A DNA stretch of 61,444 bases, the filler included, from Circinaria calcarea (Eukaryota), in assembly GCA_051942165.1 (NCBI GenBank). It is 13 parts of 13 records of this genome, joined end to end, with 100 filler letters (N's around TTAATTAATTAA, not from the genome) between each part and the next. Parts side by side here need not be neighbours in the genome. Positions count along the whole stretch, not along the records: positions 47,389 to 52,008 come from JAVECS010002248.1; positions 52,109 to 56,726 come from JAVECS010002249.1; positions 56,827 to 61,444 come from JAVECS010002250.1; 10 more parts are not named here. One strand, 5' to 3'. Of the stretch, positions 50,021 to 61,444 are shown piece by piece. Position 1 is the stretch's first letter, and the number at the start of each line of letters is the position of its first letter. Under the pieces are notes generated by a model that saw only the letters and a program-made list of their open reading frames with translations, had not been told where the DNA came from and ran no database searches. A program made the position numbers and the translations under genes.

Positions 50021-51436
50021 ATGGCCTCTCCTTCTCCTCTTCCTCCAGCTGGTGGGGACCAGAATATGGCACCCGCTCTTCTCGCAGTATTCTGGGCTCC
50101 GTTTCCCATCACAGCTCTTTTGATTTCCCTCAGACTCTACGTGCGCATCAGACTTCAAGCCTTAGGTGTAGATGATTATCTCATGTTCATATCGTGGGTA
50201 AGCATGTCTACTTTCGACGTTACCCTCAAAATATACTAAACCACTCACACGACGAAGGTTCTTTATACGGCCACCTTTTCACTTGGTACAGCAGTGGTCT
50301 TGAATGGAGGCGCACGCCATTTCTTTTACCTTGATATAGACCGTATTCAAACGGTTTCCAAATATACATGGATCAGCCAGCCTATTGCCATAATGTCAAG
50401 CGCGTTCGGCAAAGCGTCGGTGGCCTTTCTCTTGCTGAGACTGATGAGCCCCACCACGTTTTGGCGAAAGTGGTTGCTTTACATCAACGTCGGATTATAC
50501 GGGGTGGTTAGTGTTGTGTCAAGTATTCTGGCCTTTACGCAATGCAAGCCGGCGAGGGGATTATGGGAAATATCTCTTGGGGCAATATGCCGGGACCCGG
50601 CTATTGATAATGGCTTCTCCTTGTTCATAACAAGTATATCAGCGTTATTTCCAACCTTTTCGATAAGTTGGAAAATCTAACTTAGCCTAGGTTACTCGAC
50701 GTTTCTCGACTTTATCCTTGCACTGCTCCCTATCACCATTATTAGGAATTTGCAGTTAAGCGCCCGGAAAAAGATTTCGCTCTCCGCCCTTTTAGGCTTG
50801 GGTGTCTTGTGAAGAATCCGAGAAGCTTTCTTACAATCCCCCGACTGATACTTGGTATAGCGCAGGTATATGTGCAGCTGTGAAAACGGCACAGATCCAT
50901 AACCTCAGCCACCGGGCAGACTTTACCTGTACGTATACAGTATCCATTTTCTTTCAAAGTACCTTCTGTTCAACGGATGGATAATTTTTTCACCAGGGGA
51001 ATCCTATTCCATCTGGATCTGGAGCTCGTAAGTCACCAAATTTACACCCTTTATTTTCCCGTTACGGCACATCAAACTAACCTCTTCACTCCCTAGCCTC
51101 GAATTCTCCCTCGTCATCATCTGCGGCAGCATCCCCACCGTTAAACCCCTCTGGGACGCCGCCGTCAAGGGCAAAGCCATCGGCCCCCACAAGCGCTCCG
51201 GCGGCTACTCGGGCAAGAGCGTCTACCAGTTGCAATCCTATCACATAGGCCGCTCTGGTAAGGCCGGCCTTATCAATGGTAGCGGAGGCAACTCTACCCA
51301 AGTTACGACTAGTACTAGTGCCCACGGCTCGGAGGGCGAAGTTTATGAAGTTGAGGCGACAGCGCCGCACGCGCAGAATATCCGCGTGCAGCGCGGGTTC
51401 TATGTGGGCGGGCAATCTCCACCGGCGGAGAGGTAG
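50021..51436 (+). CDS. PTH11-like (fungal rhodopsin-domain, no CFEM) integral membrane protein, complete, multi-exon
   Basis: LRLYVR..LGVDDYLM, GGARH, KASVAFLLLRL, QCKPARGLW, DFILALLP..LQLSARKK, AGICAAVKT, EFSLVIICGSIPTVKPL. Confidence 0.88.
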
Positions 51437-52108
51437 AGTATTGTTTAGATTCTACATGAGCCGGGGCGGTAGGTCGATTTTGCGGATGTTGGTGTAGGAA
51501 TACAAAGTATTATGAAGTGAATTGAAAGATCTGCATTGGTTTCTACCCCTCCAATCGAGATGGTATGGGATGTCAGGCGGCCATAACAGGACATTGCCTC
51601 CCAGTATTCATAGTCCTATTATCCCACTCTGCCCTTTCCCTCCGCGTTCCCTCGCGCCTTCTCCCTCTGCGTTCCCTCCCACCCTGTCCCTCTGCTTTTT
51701 CATCGCCAATTGTTCCCCCCGCCCGCAGGGTCCTTGGTGGGGGTGCGGGCGTAGCAAAGGAGAGAGTGGAGGATCGCTGGGGAGGGGATGCGCTTCGGCC
51801 TTTCTTTTGGAACCGTTGGCGGGGAAACTGGAAACAAGAGGCTATTTTAGGGTAAAATTGAGGAGGGCTTGGGTTAGAGTAAAGGTCAGGTAGGGCGGGG
51901 AAGTAACTGTTGGTCGGAAAGACGCAAATACCCTAGGTTTCGGGGAACGGAAGTGAAGGAGGGGTTGAAGCAAAGAGGGACGGTGGTTCCTAGGACTGCG
52001 TGCTCTATNNNNNNNNNNNNNNNNNNNNNNNNNNNNNNNNNNNNNNNNNNNNTTAATTAATTAANNNNNNNNNNNNNNNNNNNNNNNNNNNNNNNNNNNN
52101 NNNNNNNN

Positions 52109-52548
52109 ATTTGTAGTATCTCGTATGGAAGGATGTAAACTTTTCTAAGTTCTTGCGCATATGCTTCTTCGAGAGTTCTTTCATCATCGGTCCAAGGGTC
52201 TCGTTGTAGACTGGCTTGTCTGGGAAGACGACGATTGATTTCGCTGCGGGGTGCCTCATTGTCCCAAGATCTGGTGTTTCGGTAATATCCATGAAATTGA
52301 GACCTTCCTGCGTTTGATATTAGAAGCATCTTTTACGCAGGTTTTACCCAAGGCTGAAGCATCTAGCATACCCGTCTCAGCTCCCACTTCTCCTCTTCCG
52401 TGACCCATCTTATGTTTCCCGGACCAAGTTCGATAAGATATTTCTCGACGTCTGGGCTATTATTCAACACAGACTGGTCCGAGCGAATAATTGACAATGC
52501 AGATGCAGCTGTCGCCAGGGACGCAGTAAGTATAGCGGCGTACTTCAT
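52109..52548 (-). CDS. LAP1: Secreted leucine aminopeptidase 1 (M28 family), N-terminal part (3'-truncated); one intron
   Basis: Signal peptide; YLIELGPGNIRWVTEEEKWELRR|EGLNFMDIT; LEKFTSFHTRYYK. Confidence 0.88.
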
Positions 52549-53390
52549 ATTTGCCGGTTCTGAGAATAATATGTGAATTCGAAATAAGCCTACAAAAGGA
52601 TAAGAGTATGCAGTGTGAAGGAACAGCTATTGTACTTCATAGAGATATTTAGAGCTTGTCAGCCGCCCGATATCTGAGCAGTCTGGTGAGCAACCATCAA
52701 CAAGCGTCATAAACGCGGCGTCGCCGGTTTCAAGCGCCGTACGCCGATCCTCCGATGTGCAAATCAGGTAAGTGAAGCGAAGCCCCTAAGTTTCGCTCAA
52801 CCCCTTTTCGACTATGAGGAGAGCTCAGTAGATCCCCGAATACTAATTGGTTCGCAGAAGATTCTTCTTAAACCTACTATATGAAATACAATAACTGCAG
52901 CAATCTTTACCTTGTAACCCGGCAGAGTAGTCTCTATTTCTCATGTATGAAGCTTGCTGGTCGACCATACCGAGAGATGTACGCCTTGTTGTACCTATAC
53001 TTGAAAGAGGACTGCCCAGAGATACACACCATCCGCTAACTCTTGTAGCGTGGAAAAATTCACCATAACTATTTATCGATCTGGTTTTACATTAATATGC
53101 AGGACAACGCTAGATTCGTAAAGAGTTTCGCCGAGAAGATCGGTAACTTATTAGGTCACAAAGAAAACATCTCGATCCAATACGGTCTTCAAGTTAAAAT
53201 CAAATTTCTTCACCGATAACGGACAATCGCAGACCCAGCCATAGGATACACGCCCCTATAACCGCTTTCTGCAGTTGCTGTTCGCAGCTAAGTTCGATGA
53301 GGGATCAATTGTGAGGTAGATAGTTGAGAGAGTTGATCCAACAAGGTCATGAGAGTTCAGGCGCACTGTAGAGAGAGCCACAGGAATCTG

Positions 53391-54331
53391 CTACAGTCCC
53401 AGATCGCTTAAGGCTTGTGAGACTGAATTAGATTTGGTCTCGGAAGGCAAATTGAAAGTAGCGAAGCGTTTCTCTGTCGAGGCGCCTGGTAATGTAGGGG
53501 CGGCTATGTCAAACACCGATGTGGTTTCGGTAGCAGCACCGATGCAGATATCTCGAGCATCATTCTGACCAAGGGACTTATATAGGTTGATGCAGTTTTT
53601 CCCGATCCAAGGATTCCAGATTTGCAGTTTTGAAATGCTGACCGAAAACTCGGCTGCTATTTCTTTACATGAGTAGTCTACAGACATTAGCAGAGGTGAT
53701 ATTGACATTTCTCAGTCGACCGACCTTCTGCATCACTTCCGTATACTTGAGTGTAGCTGGTACATCTTGAAATGAATGTCCCTAGTGCTGGAGTCGGATC
53801 AGTGGGATCATTGAGCTCGGCTGATATAGCTTAGAGTTTAGCATAGTAATATAATAGACAGCCTTATTGAGCCTAACCTGTCGGCGTTGTGTCCCTCTCG
53901 ACACAGTAACGATATCCATTCTTCAAGGAGCATCTTTCTGTGATCAATGACGGATTCCATGCTACCAGATCCAACAAAGGGATACCGTAGTCACGAGATA
54001 CAAAGAGACAAGAGTTGATCTCCGTTTCAATTTTTGCCGAGTTAGCCGTAGATCGACTTACCCTTTGGTACTCGCAATAGCCATGACAGTTGACAGCGGT
54101 GCCAGGTGCGATCGGCGTTAGATATGGGATGGCCTTAGCTACCCCGATGATTCTAATTGTGGATTCGCGTGGATCAGGGTTCAGGTACTTGCTGTCATCC
54201 GCGCGGAGAGCAGGAGTGTTAATGGCAACACTGTTCAAGGGAAACTGCTCCGCCATGCAGGTAGAGTATCGCAATGCGGAGTGTATAGATAGGAAAGAAC
54301 ATAGAATTTGGTGGTTGCTAGAAAAATGCAT
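53391..54331 (-). CDS. Secreted LysM-domain effector with two fungal Cys-containing LysM modules; three exons
   Basis: PIAPGTAVNC..SCLFVSRDYGIPLLDLVAWNPSLITERCSLKNGYRYCV and PTPALGT..RCTSY..|DYSCKEIAAEFSVSISKLQIWNPWIGKNC..ICIG. Both introns splice in phase. Confidence 0.8.
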
Positions 54332-56373
54332 GATTTGCTAGCTATGTGGTGGTGAACAAGATTAGAGACAAAGATCTGGGAGATGGAAGCGTATAAATCG
54401 ATAAACCAGAGCGTCACTATCAACAAAGGCCCCTCTTCGATAATCGAGAGATATATGGATGGTTGGCGCTGAAAAAGTGTATGAAAGCAAAGAGGACTGC
54501 CTGAATCTCCTTTTACGTTCCAGAAGCCAAGGTAAAAGGATGCCCACAATCAGCACGACGCCTACTCAGAAACGAAAAGATTGCAAAACGAGGCTTAGGA
54601 TATTGAAGTTGCCAATAGACGATGACTCTTAGATGTAGTCTTGCGAGCTTGCAACAGCCGTGCCTGCAATATCCCGAACTAAGAAATATGCTGTCATAAG
54701 TATCGGAGTGTGTATCTACGTCACAGGTCCAAAGGGCCCGAAGTCGGGAGGTGAAGCGAACTTCTTAGAATATCATCCAGTAGGATCACTCCTTTCCCAC
54801 TGACTCCATCTTCCATCCAAGTATGGCTCCAGCAGTTCGAGGGCACGAGTGAAAAGTGTTAGAGTTGCAATTGTACATATCTAGGTACCTAAGTTATATC
54901 GACAAGTTACGGATTAGGAGAACCCCCTTTTTCGATAGAAAAGACTTTCATTGAAGCTAGATCTTATGTACATAAGGTCCTTTCGATAACAACACATATT
55001 GAAACGGCATTGCTAGACTCTTTATCCAGTGTGTTGATCGACATATGTCTATTATGAATCGCGCTGTTCACAATTCCCCTAATCCTATAATCTCAAAGCT
55101 CCTGATTCAGAGCCCAATATCACAACCATCGTGCTGATGGATATCCCTATCCGAGTACCAATTCTCCGTTCCCATACGAATTACTAGCTCCTAAAGCCAG
55201 GGTAGTTAAGTAATTCCTATTCAAGGTTACAACACCTATGCAACTCTTGACATCTTCGTCTCCATCCTCATTAAAACTCCCGTCGACCACGAACGTATGC
55301 GTGCAATGCTCGAATATCGAAGGTCAGATCTCCAGGCCTAGGGAGGTCAGGACAGTTTCCACGGCTCAGCAACCATGAGCTAGATTTCGTAGCGTGGTCC
55401 GGTCGCTTGACTCATTGCTCGTTCTTCTACCGAATTGCGGAATCAACTGTGGGCCCAGAAGAGCCAGTCATTTTTGTAAATGTGGTAAAGTGTAGAAACC
55501 ATGGCAGTCATACTCCCCAATGTCATCCACGTTGGCATCTTCCAGCCACAGTTCGGCTCATTCCTTCCAGCTCCTCCCCGTTATTCCATCTTGCCATAAG
55601 CGTGTGCATTGTCCACACAGCCATGCGCTCGAAGAATCTCCCCTAGGCGACATCATCCTCATACGTGCATCGCATAAAAATGAAAGCCCCTGGTATGCTT
55701 TAAGATGCTCGCAGGAATGTCGCCTAGTGGAAGCACGTTGCTTACAGCAGCGAAGGGCAAAGGCTAAGGTGCCAACGTTGAACTCCTCCGATGAGACGGT
55801 ATTATCCTGATAGGATGATGTTTCTCCAAAACGTACGAGACTATAGCTGTCATACTTCCTATGTTTCATGCCACTTTATGAACTTCAAGATGGCTGGCGG
55901 GTGGCGATTCGAATCTCGAGTGCGCTTTAGAACGCGCGAGTTCAAGTTGGTCCACTCCGTACTCGACAAGATAGTTCAACATAGGTGGTATCTAGAAAAA
56001 CGCTACAGTATATTTCCATTTTCCTAAGACCTTTTTCCTGAAGTTACCTTGTATAGCGGACGGTAGTATCATGCCGCCTACAATTTGGTACATGAATATG
56101 AGGGTCTAAAAATCGATTATGATAGATTTCCGGATGCGGAAGCGCGTGAGGCGTTTGGCGTGTTTGATTGGCTCGGCGTCGAAGGTTAGCGAATGACTCC
56201 AACGTTGCGCTCCCGTCATTAAGATACATATCTCTCCATCCTCTGACTCGTCTTCGTCACGCAGGCTTCCAGGCAGTTTGGATTAAAGGTCTACTACTAC
56301 TCTCATCTTTTCCCCATCTCCCAGACTTCTGATCCGCCTCATTAACCGTCCTTGCGCAACAAGATCCCTAATC

Positions 56374-56726
56374 ATGGCAGTCCACCCTATCATCGGCGGC
56401 CCGGTTCATGCCAGTACACAGCTACAGCAGAATGCCCCGGGTGTCAACATCGAAGATTGGACAGAACAGACTGCAGAGTCTCTACGTATCGTATCCATCT
56501 CCTCCCCCAGTGGGCCGCGAGGCACTTCTGTGAACCTGGCAATTCCTCTGGATGAGCACCTTGCCCCTGCGAAGGCCCGATTTGCAGCGGATCCAACAAA
56601 TCTGAAAGATGGTCAGACAACCTATCTCCCGCGCCAGGAACCTCTTCGTCGCGACAGCCTCAAGCGACGTGAGGCATTGCTTAAAGGCAAGGAAGGGAGT
56701 CGCCGGCGTCAGAGATGGGAGAATGG
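56374..56726 (+). CDS. Conserved fungal hypothetical protein, 3'-truncated
   Basis: Open to the contig edge; recalled motif RRDSLKRREALLKGKEGSRRRQRWEN. Confidence 0.65.
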
Positions 56727-56826
56727 NNNNNNNNNNNNNNNNNNNNNNNNNNNNNNNNNNNNNNNNNNNNTTAATTAATTAANNNNNNNNNNNNNNNNNN
56801 NNNNNNNNNNNNNNNNNNNNNNNNNN

Positions 56827-57992
56827 CTTGCGGCGCGAGTGATGGTATTGGAGGTATCTGCCAAGTCATCAATGAGAATGGCAGTCCGGCCAGCGACATC
56901 TCCAACTAGCATCATAGTAGCGGTCTGACGGTCAGTGATCTTGGTAGGTCGACGTTCCTATCACCGCGTCAGCCTGCTAGCACATAGTGGCCAAATAGGA
57001 CCTTCTACTTTGTGAATCAAAGCAAATGGCATGCTTAGACCGTCAGCAATTGCGGTAGCTCTTTTTGCCCCTCCGGCATCAGGACTGACGATAACAGCTT
57101 GCTGATAATCGGGGATCTGGTACTGGATGTACCTTTTCAACAGGGGACGCCCATAAAGATTATCAACAGGAATATCAAAGAAACCTTGGTATTGAGGGTC
57201 ATGAAGATCCATGGTGATGATATGATCGGCACCGGCACATGTTAAGAGATCTGCTACTAGTGTTCCTGCTTGCGCGACCCATTGTTTGTAGCCTGGCTGA
57301 GGTTGAAAGATACTGTCCTTGGATGAACTTGAGGCAAGATCGGCATGCTCCAGTTTATCAGGGTGTGAAAGACCATTGGTCATATTGCTCGTGATATTGC
57401 GCTGTTGATCAGAGAAGGCAGAAGTTGAAGAGTCGGTCGTATCACTGCGCTTCCGTACCCCATTTGCATAGCCTGCAAATCGAGCAGTTTGTGGAGTATT
57501 CGGACTTGGATATGACTCATCGATACGGGTCCTCGCAAAGTCCTTGTGAATTATATCAACACCATTTGTAAGTCCCGCACTCTGGGGCTGGTCTGGATGG
57601 GGAGTAGGAGGTTTGCTTTCGAAGGGAAAGTCTGGCTTGTAGTAGCAATTCAAGGCTTTGGCAAAAGGGGCGCCGGTCTTGTTGTAGGGTAACTCGCTCT
57701 GTCGGGAATAAGGGAAGATGGGGAGTATGGCGGTAACCTGCTTTGCTGATGCCGTCTTACAAGCGGAGATGGTGATGAGGAGCTCCATCAAGTGATCGTT
57801 GACCTTCCCTCCGCCGGACTGGATGATATAAACATCTTTACCACGGACCGACTCTTTTATCTCCACCCGAGTTTCGCCAATGGAAAATTTCGAGAGTAGG
57901 ATGTTCGCTGGGGGGATCCCGAGGTGGTTGCAGATGATTTGAGTCAATTGAGGGTGAGAGCTGCCCCCAATGACAACTATATTGCGTACCAT
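56827..57992 (-). CDS. PRS5: Ribose-phosphate pyrophosphokinase (PRPP synthetase), Prs5-like subunit with a long non-homologous insertion, 3'-truncated
   Basis: ESVRGKDVYIIQSG, NDHLMELL, FPYSRQ followed by a ~130-aa insertion, ITMDLHDPQYQGFFDIPVDNL, VSPDAGGAKRA, LIHK|ER, ILIDDLADTSNT. Confidence 0.85.
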
Positions 57993-58482
57993 TATGCCTA
58001 GAAAAGGTTGTCGAAGCTCGAAGCCAAAATCCTCGAAGAATAAAAGATTTTCAAGAATTGTAGCGTGGGGGTGCAGGTAGGTAATAAGGATCTAGTATGC
58101 GCGGATAAATCTAGATCTGTGGATGAGGCATTTTATGATAGACGAGCAAGACATGCTCGCTGTCGGCAATCGACTATTGGTTCATCATTCCAGTCATCCG
58201 CAGAAGTGTAGAAAAAAGTCTGGTATTAAGTCTGCCATGTGGAATCTGGGGGAAGTTTCATCCATGTACGTCAGATTCCGGCGCTTGCCCGAATGCAGAC
58301 ATGGCTTATCGATAAAATTGCAATGCACGTAATTTGAACAAATCTGTGAGCAGCTGTAGGCGCCGGAGTCTAAGTAGGTTCTTAGGTAGCTACAGCACTG
58401 CTATTTTAATCAAAAGTACCCAAACTCCGTTATTCACTTCCTGGGGTATCATACTACTAGCCTAAGTTAAATTCCCATGATT

Positions 58483-59144
58483 TTAGTCACCCGTATCTAC
58501 CTCACTGCAGAGAAGTTAGTACATCTCGGACCTTGTAGAGTAAACCGGAGAGCTTACAGATCCAGCTGAACACCATTGCTAACTCCGTAGTCCTCTAAGG
58601 TAAGTTGGTCCTTGAACGGCCTCTCCCCTTGCCTCTTCAGCATTATTTCATGAGGCTCGCGCCCAATACGTGCTGCAACTTGGGCTTTGAAAAGCTCTAT
58701 ATTTTATCAGCTAGTTGTACTATAGAATGCTGAAGAGAATAACTCACTTATAGGATCTGAAGCTAGACATGGAATTGAAGCCTTTGTGCCCAGTCGATCA
58801 TTGACATTTACAATGATCATGGGCTCCGAAGTTGGTGCGGGCGCGGAACTTTTCTTCTCCTTCTTCTCTTTCTTTGGCTTCTCTACGGGCGCGTCTGACG
58901 TTGGTATTCTGTCATTCTGCTCTGGAGCAGGTGACCTTGGCCGGTCACGTCTGTCCCGGTAGCCTCGCTCCAGCCTTCTGTCGTCGTCTCTGTTGCGGCC
59001 ATGATCTTCCTTTCGCTTTTCTTTCCAGTTGAATCCCCCACCGTTCCGCCTAGATCTATCGTCAACTCGTCTTCGTCGAGGTGACCGGCTTCGTTGACGA
59101 TCCTCACGATGTGGAGGAGGTGATCTTGATCTTGAATCGGGCAT
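58483..59144 (-). CDS. HUB1: Hub1/UBL5-family ubiquitin-like protein with a 108-aa RS/RD/K-rich N-terminal extension; 185 aa; introns 58697..58747 and 58505..58557
   Basis: MIIVNVNDRLGTKASIPCLASDPI|KLFKAQVAARIGREPHEIMLKRQGERPFKDQLTLEDYGVSNGVQLDL|EVDTGD*. Confidence 0.85.
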
Positions 59145-59336
59145 GGTTGATGATCCTAAATTTATTGGTGGGGGAATGGAGGGAAAGATTCAATCGGACG
59201 GGATGCTGGCTCTAGTCTCACCCTAAGCCCTGCCAACATGCGGCAACCGTAAAGGTTAAAATACCTTATCTCGCAAAGGATCAAGCCCTAGCGAACCCTA
59301 AAGGGCATCAAAGTAATTCGTGAAGGCAAGGTAAAC

Positions 59337-60133
59337 ATGTTCACTACATCGACATACTTGACTACGCGACGGCCATCATTTACTACCATTGAGTTTATTG
59401 TTTCGAATGCACCTCCCTTAAGCACAGTGACTGCGTACTTCATCTTCTATCTGGCTGTACTCATTCGTGTCTCTGTTGGTTTATTCACATCGGCCATATT
59501 CTTGACGAAGACACGTTTTCATCTGAACGTCTCGGAAGCTATACCTTCGGAAACAGCGTATCCCAAGTTGATTGCGATCGAGTATCTGATTATCGAAGCT
59601 GTTGCCATCAACACCTCATGGCGGGTCCTTATTCCTATCACATTAGTAGTCCTCTATCTATGCTTCCATCGATTTCATACAGGTATTTGAGATTCCTTTA
59701 TGATTTACATTACCCTACTTTCTCCATAGTTTACCATGTCTGAGTACGTTCGTGGAGTAGAAGAGTCCTTACTTGTCCTACGTACCCTCGGTGTCCAGAC
59801 CTCCACTTCCTCAAGCACATATCTCTCGACTTCGACTACACGATTCATCCCGACGTCTCAAATACAGGACATCTTTATCCACGAAGCTTTTAGGGGATTT
59901 GAGGTCAGATATTACCTTGCCATTGTAGTGAAAGGCGAGGCCGAGGTAGTGGTGGTTTTCCCGGTAAGTTAATGTTCGTCCGTGTTGAATTCGCGATCAC
60001 CCTTCGACATGGTATATACTAGCAAAAGAGTCGGCCTACTAATAGGTCCGGATAGAATCTTCTCCCGAATAGGTCAATCGTAGAGAAGGTCTGGAGGGAA
60101 GCAAGAGCTTGTTTATTCGAGCCCAAGGCCTGA
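59337..60133 (+). CDS. GPI15: GPI-GlcNAc transferase subunit PIG-H/Gpi15; two introns
   Basis: Two TM segments; RFHT|EESLLVLRTLGVQT..TRFIPTSQIQDIFIHEAFRGFEVRYYL..VVFP|NLLPNR..VWREARACLFE. Confidence 0.9.
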
Positions 60134-61444
60134 ACGAGGGTTAGATCATTTACGGAAGATGGTTTTAGGAAAAATTTCGGGGATTATCTGAGTACAGTGC
60201 GATTCGCCGAACGCCCGCACCAATACTGATCGCATGCTTTCTGGTCGTTATAGCTATATCGAAGTTTGTTCACATCGTGGTAACGCAGATCGCTCTAAGC
60301 CTACCTGACGAAATCAACTGCCGGCCCGGATGAAACGATCCCCTCACAACTGCTTAATGGATTCCACTAGCGTGACAACTACAATGGTACCTCTCTAAAA
60401 GAGATCTCGCCCGTCCCAGGCCCTCATACGAAGACATACTCGATAATACGCCCTCGCCCTTGCGATCTCGGAGACGCCTTGAATACTTTCATCAACAAAG
60501 CTCACAACTCTTCCCCTATGTATTGAAGGCATACCCAGACAAGATCATTTTTACACAACTCAGGGGGACAAAGGATTTCGAGTATCAGATCTAGGACAGG
60601 CCAAGGGCATTCTGAAGCATGAGAATCTCTATATTATTCTACCAATCTTGTGGTGCTGCTTAGCTGGTTGGTATATCCGTTGACTTTGCCCCTCATACGC
60701 CATCATCATCGTGTGCCGAAAAGTTCCTAGTCTGAATCTCCAAAACACTGCTTGTCACCATGCACTCCATCTGGCAAGCTCTGTTCCTCTCGTCTAGCAG
60801 GAGCAATTAGTTAGCCTAATTAGCAAGGATCCGATACAAGGCCTCGAAGGCGACGAAGAGTTAAGACGATCACGATGGAGCCTGCCGTGGTGAGAAGATA
60901 TCACAGTGTGGAAAGTTATTGGCGAGGAGAGATAGCGAGAGGGAGATACTATGAGGAAGAAATTGCAGGGAAATACAAAACATATGGTCAGAAAGGGCAG
61001 CATAGACCTAAGCATGTCTACACCCTAGGGAGTACCTGCGGTACCTATGAGATGTGAAAACATGGCATTTGTTCAACGTGTACCCCATAACACTACGTTG
61101 ATTTCCCTTTGCCCGTTCGAAGGCGAATAGGTCAAACACTATCAGTGTACAGAGAACACTACATGAGTTGCTAACCCCATGAGCGAGTGCATATCGACTA
61201 TTACAGCACCATCTTGGAACCGTGATGACTGCTATTCCTGTAAGCGTCATCGGAGTGTAAAGCCTCCCGGAGAAGTGTGAGAAGCAATAACATACCCAAG
61301 ATCGCCCACCTTCCACTCATGAGCATCGTACAACGGGCAGTAGAATAGACAGACAGCCATCCAGAATACCATCCGCTCTAACCCCTCGCAACGGACCCAC
61401 AACCCCACCAGGTACCAATCACCTCATGCCCCTTACCCCCATTC

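Noticed and set aside
4654..56826. TTAATTAATTAA recurring every ~4.7 kb as a biological repeat or CRISPR-like array
   Set aside because: It is always embedded in N runs totalling 100 bp; it is a six-frame-stop linker added during concatenation.
23993..60133. GPI3, GPI15 and PMT2 as a glycosylation gene cluster
   Set aside because: They lie on different unlinked contigs, so co-occurrence is chance.

Overview
This is not one locus. It is 13 unrelated fungal contigs of about 4.6 kb, in descending length order (4653 to 4618 bp), joined by 12 artificial 100-bp spacers (N44-TTAATTAATTAA-N44). Short GT-AG introns with CTRAY branch sites and the gene content point to a filamentous ascomycete (Pezizomycotina); the sequence does not show whether all contigs come from one organism. 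Recognisable housekeeping genes: Rab2-like GTPase, PMT2, veA, GPI3/PIG-A, DBP6, DAP1-like protein, ATP14, LAP1, PRS5-like synthetase, Hub1/UBL5 with an RS-rich extension, and GPI15/PIG-H. Other genes: an SDR fragment, an ABCC transporter, two tandem PTH11-like receptors, a LysM effector, and a 75-aa Hva1/Tudor-like gene that the ORF track misses. Several pseudogenes carry CpA->TpA-type stops. Two loci deserve the most attention. The first is a caspase-like (C14) protease that can be spliced, through four phase-0 introns, in frame onto an uncharacterised membrane-anchored domain, making it a candidate protease-effector cell-death or immunity module. The second is a decayed DUF3435 (Starship-captain-like) tyrosine recombinase beside a chromodomain/AT-hook gene. 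All family calls come from motif recognition, not database searches.
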